Translations under genes and position numbers: made by a program
Notes under the pieces: model-generated
Databases searched by the model: none
Told to the model about the DNA's origin: nothing
The model's input: the letters and a program-made list of their open reading frames with translations, nothing else
Part shown: in pieces, positions 57,001-64,000 of the stretch
How the letters are laid out: every line of letters begins with the position of its first letter
Numbering within the stretch: the stretch's first letter is position 1
DNA from: Asterias rubens
Lineage: Eukaryota
Assembly: GCF_902459465.1 (NCBI RefSeq)
Contig: NC_047068.1
Location: forward strand, 5,828,001 to 5,892,000
Direction: 5' to 3'
Length of the DNA: 64,000 nt

Positions 57001-59102
57001 TTCGCCACTCTGTGAGAGGGGCAATACGAAGCGCCTCCGTACACTCAGCGAATGTTGTGAAGACGGTAATTCGCCATCGATTTGCGTAAGCATTTGGTAA
57101 GCCATTGGTGGTACTGTTGGTAAAGCGTGCGTATTATGCGTAAGATATTGGGAAGGAGAGGTTTAAGGACGACAGAGAACATTCACTATCAAATCGCAAC
57201 TTTTGGGCGAATTCATCGCGAATTTCAAACATTCGTATTCGCAAGATATTCGCCCAAGTGTGAGAGTATAGCTTAAAGGAACACGTTGCCTTGGATCGGT
57301 TGAGTTGGTCTTTGAAAAGCATTTCAACCGTTTGTCATAAAATGCATATGATTAGATAGACACGTTAAAAGTAGTATATAATGATCCCCACCAGTATCAC
57401 TCGAAATTGCGTGGTTTTCCTTTGACCTCGTCGACTAACACGGTCGGCCGTTTAAACTTGACTCCCATAAGTGGCCGACCGTGTTAGTTCGTATAGGAAA
57501 ACCACGCAATTTTGAGGCAATATTGTGTGGATCATTGTATTCTACTTTTAAAACGTCTTACTAACCATATGCATTTTCTAACTAAACGGTTACAAACGCT
57601 TCTTAAAGACCAACTCGACCGACCCAAAGTAACGTGTTCCTTTAAGAACGGATACATAATACCAATAAGCTCTTACTTGATTTCTCATTTCAATAATTTT
57701 CAGGCAATTAATATCAGGAGAAACAGCGCAAATTTGGCTGATTTTACACCGTTACAACTGTCAGATAAAATTCGTCGTTTAGTGAATAATAAAAAAGGTA
57801 AGATAATACTAAAAAGTAAAAGGAGAAATTTATATAAATTTCAAGGGCCAAACGGGGGAAAAATTGAAAAAGAATAATGGAATAAACAAAAATAACAGTT
57901 CTTAATAATATGGGGTTATTCGTTTAATAAAATATGCATCCTTAGTAATTTTAAAAGTGTTCTATTGTGTTCTTTTTTACAGATCAGAAGAAGACTTCAA
58001 GGTATTTGCGATACATTTTATTACATGATTCATTAAAAAAGTTAAGTGTAATACCAACAACCATCAGCCATACAGACAGTGAAATGATTAATGTAAAAAT
58101 TATAAAGAAAACACCAATTATTCTCCGAAACCTGAAATGTTGCACCGAGGGGATTCGGAGAGGTTATTTGGAATGACGGAAAACAATTATAAAACAATTA
58201 ATTTTTTAATTGTTCGCTGAATTAAACAAAATGAATGAACTATAATAATTGATTTAACATACGTTATGTTTGTATTCATCTCCCTTTCCCTCAAGAACTC
58301 GACGTGCTAGCCGCAAGATATCCGATGATGAGTAAGTATAAGAAAAAGGGACTAAAAGGGTTTTGACGAGTTCTTAAACTGCCTTAAAAACCGGCAGGGT
58401 CGTGGCCGTGCGATAGGCCCTTGCCTTCGGCTCGGGCCTTTGTCGCACTGCCACTATCCTGCAAGGTTTTTAACGGCAGTTTAAGAACGAGTCACTACTC
58501 TATTATTCCCATTCATAATATGCCCTTTTGGTTACAAGGCGTTATAGTAAGAAACTCTGTAAAACTGATCTGTTTTCCTTGAGCTCTGTACGTGTGTTGC
58601 ATTTTTATGACTGACAGTTTTTGGATATGCATTCGTGCGCGTAGTACATGCATCTAATGTAACCGGTTATAAACAGCTCCAGCTGGTAATAATCAATCGT
58701 TTTAACATCACACGTGACGCGCTCTCCAGCAATAGGAAAGGCAAAACTATTTGAGGTATTTAAGAATGGTAAGTTATAATCCTTTGTTTGTTATTCATAA
58801 ATACCCGGGCAGTTTATCCATTCCAATTGGTCGAGAGGGTATCACGTGGGGTTGTTTATCGCACGACCAGGTCCCTGCCACATAATTTATTTTGGATCCG
58901 AAAATGATGCGGGTGTTTGAGGGGGCTGGGTCTACACAGGTGCGCCGAGTTAATATGGAAAGCCGGGAAACAATATATGAAACAGTTTCCAACTTTGATT
59001 CACAGTATTCACTGAAATCAAAATAACAATCTAAATTGATTTAACTTATTTTCATTTCTCGTTTTTAAGGCTCGAGTTTATCCGCGAGCAATGCAATGAT
59101 GA
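54021..59102 (+). CDS. Candidate spliced gene whose first exon is a Ty3/gypsy Gag capsid domain (3' end not found in window)
   Basis: Exon 54021-54761 (WDKWLKRFE, RKRALLLHYGG, FRSLKQNPEENVDQFCTRLRNAAEKCEFG) ends at CCG|GTAAGC. Phase-compatible GT-AG exons follow at 56119-56250, 57983-58001, 58296-58331 and 59070-59102, with a possible extra exon at 55847-55939. Unspliced, the ORF stops at 54770. The Gag identity is high confidence; the splicing is predicted. Confidence 0.7.
54787..55273. repeat. GC-rich imperfect foldback built from gtccgg/ccggac short repeats
   Basis: Repeated tgtccggg...ggaca motifs in opposite orientation on the two sides; begins directly after the gag exon. Confidence 0.45.
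56411..57272. mobile_element. MITE-like element with internal repeats
   Basis: Imperfect TIR gctactctcaca / tgtgagagtatagc; internal duplicated block acaatcgctcaaacttcgcarcattcgcc. Confidence 0.55.
57273..57645. mobile_element. MITE family B copy
   Basis: TTAA at 57273 and 57642-57645; family B termini. Confidence 0.85.
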
Positions 59103-59610
59103 GTAAGTGTTATCTAAGTAATGTATTATCTATTATTAGTTAGTTTAAATTTTCGGTAATATTTTGCACAAAACAACGGCTCAAAAATTGTTATGATTGC
59201 AAGTTAATTATAGATTTGGTCATAGTGAAGATATATATTTTACTGTGTGCATCAACTTTGTAAATAAGTCTCAGAGGTTTTGAATCGAGAAAACACGTCA
59301 AACCTTTTCTGAAAAAAAAATGTATTTATGACAAACATGAACCACAAAAATACCCATTACATTTTCGTTCAAAATTTAATCCATTAATTCAAACTTTTCA
59401 TTTTACTTACTGTAGGCCCAAAAACTCTGAACTATTCTCATAGCAAGGGTAAAAAGATGGCAGCCAAAGGATGAACAAAACAGAGCGCCACCAAGCGACC
59501 CGTCCCTCGGAGGTAATTTTCAAAGGGTTGCAGTATGAACAAAGCTGGGAAACCGTTCGTACCAATTACACTTGCAATGTAAATGTGTTAAATGGAATGT
59601 ATTTGAAAAT

Positions 59611-61697
59611 TACATGAGTAGGATTTGAAAATGTGCATGGTAGTAATGCAATCTGGTGAGGGTTGGAGTAACACCATGTACTTGAGTAGGATTTGAAACT
59701 TTGCATGGTGGAGATACAATCTAATAAGGTTTGCAGTAACACCATGTACATGAGTAGGATTTGAAACTTTGCATGGTGGAGATACAATCTAGTAAAGTTT
59801 GCATGTACATGAGTAGGATTTGAAACTTTGCACGGTGGAGATACAATCTAGTAAGGTTTGCAGTAACATCATGTACATGAGTAGGATTTGAAACTTTGCA
59901 TGGTGGAGATACAATCTAGTAAAGTTTGCAGTAACACCATGTACTTGAGTAGGATTTGAAACTTTGCATGGTGGAGATACAATCTAATAAGGTTTGCAGT
60001 AACACCATGTACTTGAGTAGGATTTGAAACTTTGCATGGTGGAGATACAATCTAATAAGGTTTGCAGTAACACCATGTACATGAGTAGGATTTGAAACTT
60101 TGCATGGTGGAGATACAATCTAGTAAGGTTTGCAGTAACACCATGTACATGAGTAGGATTTGAAACTTTGCATGGTGGAGATACAATCTAATAAGGTTTG
60201 CAGTAACTCCATGTACTTGAGTAGGATTTGAAACTTTGCATGGTGGAGATACAATCTAGTAAGGTTTGCAGTAACACCATGTACATGAGTAGGATGTTAA
60301 ACTTTGCATGGTGGAGATACAATCTAATAAGGTTTGCAGTAACTCCATGTACTTGAGTAGGATTTGAAACTTTGCATGGTGGAGATGCAATCTAGTAAGG
60401 TTTGCAGTAACACCATGTACATGAGTAGGATTTGAAACTTTGCATGGTGGAGATACAATCTAGTAAAGTTTGCATGTACATGAGTAGGATTTGAAACTTT
60501 GCACGGTGGAGATACAATCTAGTAAGGTTTGCAGAAACATCATGTACATGAGTAGGATTTGAAACTTTGCATGGTGGAGATACAATCTAGTAAAGTTTGC
60601 AGTAACACCATGTACTTGAGTAGGATTTGAAACTTTGCATGGGGGAGATACAATCTAATAAGGTTTGCAGTAACACCATGTACTTGAGTAGGATTTGAAA
60701 CTTTGCATGGTGGAGATACAATCTAATAAGGTTTGCAGTAACACCATGTACATGAGTAGGATTTGAAACTTTGCATGGTGGAGGTACAATCTAGTAAAGT
60801 TTGCATGTACATGAGTAGGATTTGAAACTTTGCACGGTGGAGATACAATCTAGTAAGGTTTGCAGTAACATCATGTACATGAGTAGGATTTTAAACTTTG
60901 CATGGTGGAGATACAATCTAATAAGGATTGCAGTAACACCATGTACATGAGTAGGATTTTAAACTTTGCATGGTGGAGATACAATCTAGTAAGGTTTGCA
61001 GTAACACCATGTACATGAGTAGGATTTTAAACTTTGCATGGTGGAGATACAATCTAATAAGGATTGCAGTAACACCATGTACATGAGTAGGATTTTAAAC
61101 TTTGCATGGTGGAGATACAATCTAGTAAGGTTTGCAGTAACACCATGTACATGAGTAGGATTTGAAACTTTGCATGGTGGAGATACAATCTAATAAGGTT
61201 TGCAGTAACACAATGTACTTGAGTAGGATTTAAAACTTTGCATGGTGAAGATACAATCTAGTAAGGTTTGCAGTAACACCATGTACTTGTCGAGTAGGAT
61301 TTGAAACTTTGCATGGTGGAGATACAATCTAGTAAGGTTTGCAGTAACACCATGTATATGAGTAGGATTTGAAACTTTGCATGGTGGAGATACAATCTAA
61401 TAAGGTTTGCAGTAACACCATGTACTTGAGTAGGATTTGAAACTTTGCATGGTGGAGATACAATCTAAAAAGGTTTGCAGTAACACCATGTACTTGAGTA
61501 GGATTTGAAACTTTGCATGGTGGAGATACAATCTAGTAAGGTTTGCAGTAACACCATGTACATGAGTAGGATTTGAAACTTTGCATGGTGGAGATACAAT
61601 CTAATAAGGTTTGCAGTAACACCATGTACTTGAGTAGGATTTGAAACTTTGCATGGTGGAAAAACAATATAGTAATGTTTGCAGTAACACCATGTAA
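59611..61697. repeat. 68-bp satellite, ~31 copies, with 59-bp deletion variants
   Basis: Unit catgtac(a/t)tgagtaggatttgaaactttgcatggtggagatacaatcta(g/a)taaggtttgcagtaacac; period 68 (e.g. 59941 to 60009). Confidence 0.97.
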
Positions 61698-62114
61698 ACC
61701 CTACATTATGGGACTTGAATCTTTACAATTTAGTAAGTAATTCAACAATAGAGGGAGGGGTGCGAAGGGGAAGGCTACATTCAACACTTTAGGATTCAAA
61801 TTAAGCTAATCAAAGACCGTTATTCCATAATGAGGTGATGTATTAAAATTAAGAATAGCTATGCATTTCGTTGCATTGATCGACAGTTTTGTTGAATGAT
61901 AGATTGCGATGTTGTGCTGTAAAGGTATAGTCTTACAGGTGCAACTGACAAGAATGTAAATAATTAAAATCAACTGGAAATATAATTTTTATTTTTCAAA
62001 CATAAGAGTACATGATAAGTAACAATGAAACATTTTTAAAGTAATTGTTTGTAACGATTTATATATTTAAAAAAAAATAAAGTTGTTTTGGGGTTGACTC
62101 CGCTTACCCATTTT

Positions 62115-62547
62115 GTGACGTCAATCGAGGCAGACTTTGCCTTTAAGCGTAGAGTAAATACACGTGCAAAGTACGTGCAAATCCAAGTCGTGAGTTTGTA
62201 CGATTCTTTCATTTTTCCGGCAATGCCGACCAAGTGTATTGTTGCTGGATGCAGCAAAACAACTAAAGATGGGGGTCAGTCTGCATGGCTGGTCAGACTC
62301 ACAAGAGCAATAGTGCCTAGTGGTCCGGTCTGAGGTTGTGCAGCTTTTTTTCTTCAAATATCGCGCCTCGATTGACGTCACGAACAGCGCCCTCTCGGGT
62401 CGGGGCCTACTCTTAAATTTGTAAATAGGCTAAGAACTAATTTTTTAGAAGGTTAGCTAACTGTTTATTCACATTCCACTCATCAAAACACATATATTAG
62501 TGACAAAAGCTTTATTTTGACAAAATGCCACTTCCAGGTGACTTTAA
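62115..62547 (+). mobile_element. Kolobok-like element remnant with a frameshifted THAP-domain start
   Basis: ATG 62223 reads MPTKCIVAGCSKTTKDG; removing one G continues VSLHGW, a THAP-like N-terminus. A 17-bp inverted repeat lies at 62115-62131 and 62365-62381. The right end is caggtgact|TTAA (62544-62547); the left end was not identified. Confidence 0.65.
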
Positions 62548-62585
62548 GGCATTACTTTAGGGATTATTTGATTTATAAAGATTTT

Positions 62586-62716
62586 AGGCCGTGTCCGAAT
62601 TGGCGACTTCGGCTACAGCTACGGCTAGATCAGCGCGTCTGTCAGTGTTGAAGGATAGGCAGACGCGCGCGCCCTAGCCGTAGCTGTAGCCGAAGTCGCC
62701 AATTCGGACACGGCCT
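62586..62716. mobile_element. Hairpin MITE
   Basis: Perfect 43-bp inverted repeat (62586-62628 and 62674-62716) plus inner pairing gcgcgtctg/cagacgcgc. Confidence 0.85.
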
Positions 62717-63097
62717 CATATTCAATGCTTGTAGGCAAATTAACTATGCATAATTATACGAATAATTACTCTATGCTATTGTAAATGTTCATCTCTTCGT
62801 AATTAGCGAGGCCTAATTGAGATAGGTGTGGAGCATAGTTAGACTACTAGCTGGGTTAGGCAGTTAGGTCTGTTTGTGTGTCCTTTTTCTGTTGGTTTCT
62901 AAACAATTACACTTTTTTTTGGGTAAACGATGAGAGTAAATCCAACTTTTGTGTGGAGGAAGGATCGAGACCCGCTGATTTTAATAACAATAATTAGAGA
63001 GGATCGGATCGGTTGGTGAGTAGGATGTTAGAATGCTTTTTTTGGGGGGGGGGGGGGGGGGGGGTACAATTATAGTAACAATAATATTCTACTGTTG

Positions 63098-63420
63098 TAA
63101 AGGAACGTTACATAATTGGTAAGAAACAAATACCGTGAAGATCACAGATTTAAATAAAACAAAACACGGTCTATGATGATGATAGTGAAAAACATCCTTT
63201 GAAATAAATAATCTAATTTCGCGTTTGGAGTTTATCGCTCAGTGAGCGTTTTATTCATTTTTGTTTTGACATCGATGCAATGCACACAGCGGTTTTACGC
63301 TTTTCTTTCGTGATCTTGAACTTCTGCAAGTTTGTTAGTTTATGTATAAGGTGGATAACATAAAGTGCCTACACTGCCAGCATTTTTTGCTAGCAAAATC
63401 AATTCTGTAATGTTCCTTTC
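63098..63420. mobile_element. MITE family C copy
   Basis: aggaacgttacataattgg ... caattctgtaatgttcct termini; body gtgaagatcacagattt matches 16490-16790. Confidence 0.7.
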
Positions 63421-64000
63421 ATGAACAGCAATTGTTTGAAATGCACATTGTTTGGATCAGAATTGACTTTAACAAGTAGGGTAAACTAAAGGTGGCTGGC
63501 TGTTACTTGAATTTCTGAGATTTATGGATCTATTGTGTACCTGGTTTGCTTTGTAAGGAGCTTTGCTGAAGAGTAATTTTGAGCCTGCAGTGAGCAACCC
63601 AAAACAATGTGTCAAGCCTACTGATTCCGAACCGTCCTATACAAACACTTAATTTATTTAAGGATTTTTTTTTCACAAATTCTTTTTAAATCAACCTTTA
63701 GGTCCAGATTTCCAAAATGCAGAAAAATCACGAAATTGGGAGCTCGATGCCATGCCTTTGCTATGCCTAAATGTATACAAAACGCGTATCACGCCTTTTG
63801 GTTTCAAAAATCAAATATCCCACCAGCATGGACCGTCTCTATTTCCCGTAAGATAGCGCGCAGCGTCTTGCTGCGCGTCTCGTTTACGATGACACAACTC
63901 TTATGCCGAACCTTCAGCACAACCTTTGAAACTCCCCACTCCCCCCCCCCCGCCCTCAATAACCGGATCTAAGCAAATATAAGCTGACATAGCTAAGATA

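Noticed and set aside
59611-61697. Regular repeat arrays as possible CRISPR (also 31762-32252 and 47957-48830)
   Set aside because: Head-to-tail units have no unique spacers, there are no cas genes, and the context is eukaryotic.

Overview
AT-rich eukaryotic genomic DNA with GT-AG introns. It looks like a marine invertebrate deuterostome, and the repeat landscape resembles sea star/echinoderm DNA (inference, not proven). Four intact spliced host genes could be rebuilt exon by exon: TVP23 (-), PLD6/Zucchini (+, head-to-head with TVP23), MFSD11 (-) and an SLC16/MCT-like MFS transporter (+). Introns and intergenic DNA hold many TTAA-flanked Kolobok-type MITEs, foldback/MULE-like elements with target-site duplications (TSDs), tRNA-derived SINEs and minisatellites. 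The region from 41 to 59 kb is unusual in three ways. (i) A Ty3/gypsy pol is split at the RT/RNase H junction into two opposite-facing halves about 7.8 kb apart, as a single inversion would produce. (ii) That segment holds a parvovirus-NS1/CRESS-Rep-like SF3 helicase, two spliced exons ending in a Myb-like motif, and a ~1.5-kb repeated module carrying 14 copies of an iteron-like motif. (iii) An intact Ty3/gypsy gag, still preceded by a PBS-like site, has no pol and appears to be spliced in frame to a chain of small exons, making it a candidate domesticated Gag fusion gene. All homology calls are from motif recognition by eye; no searches were run.
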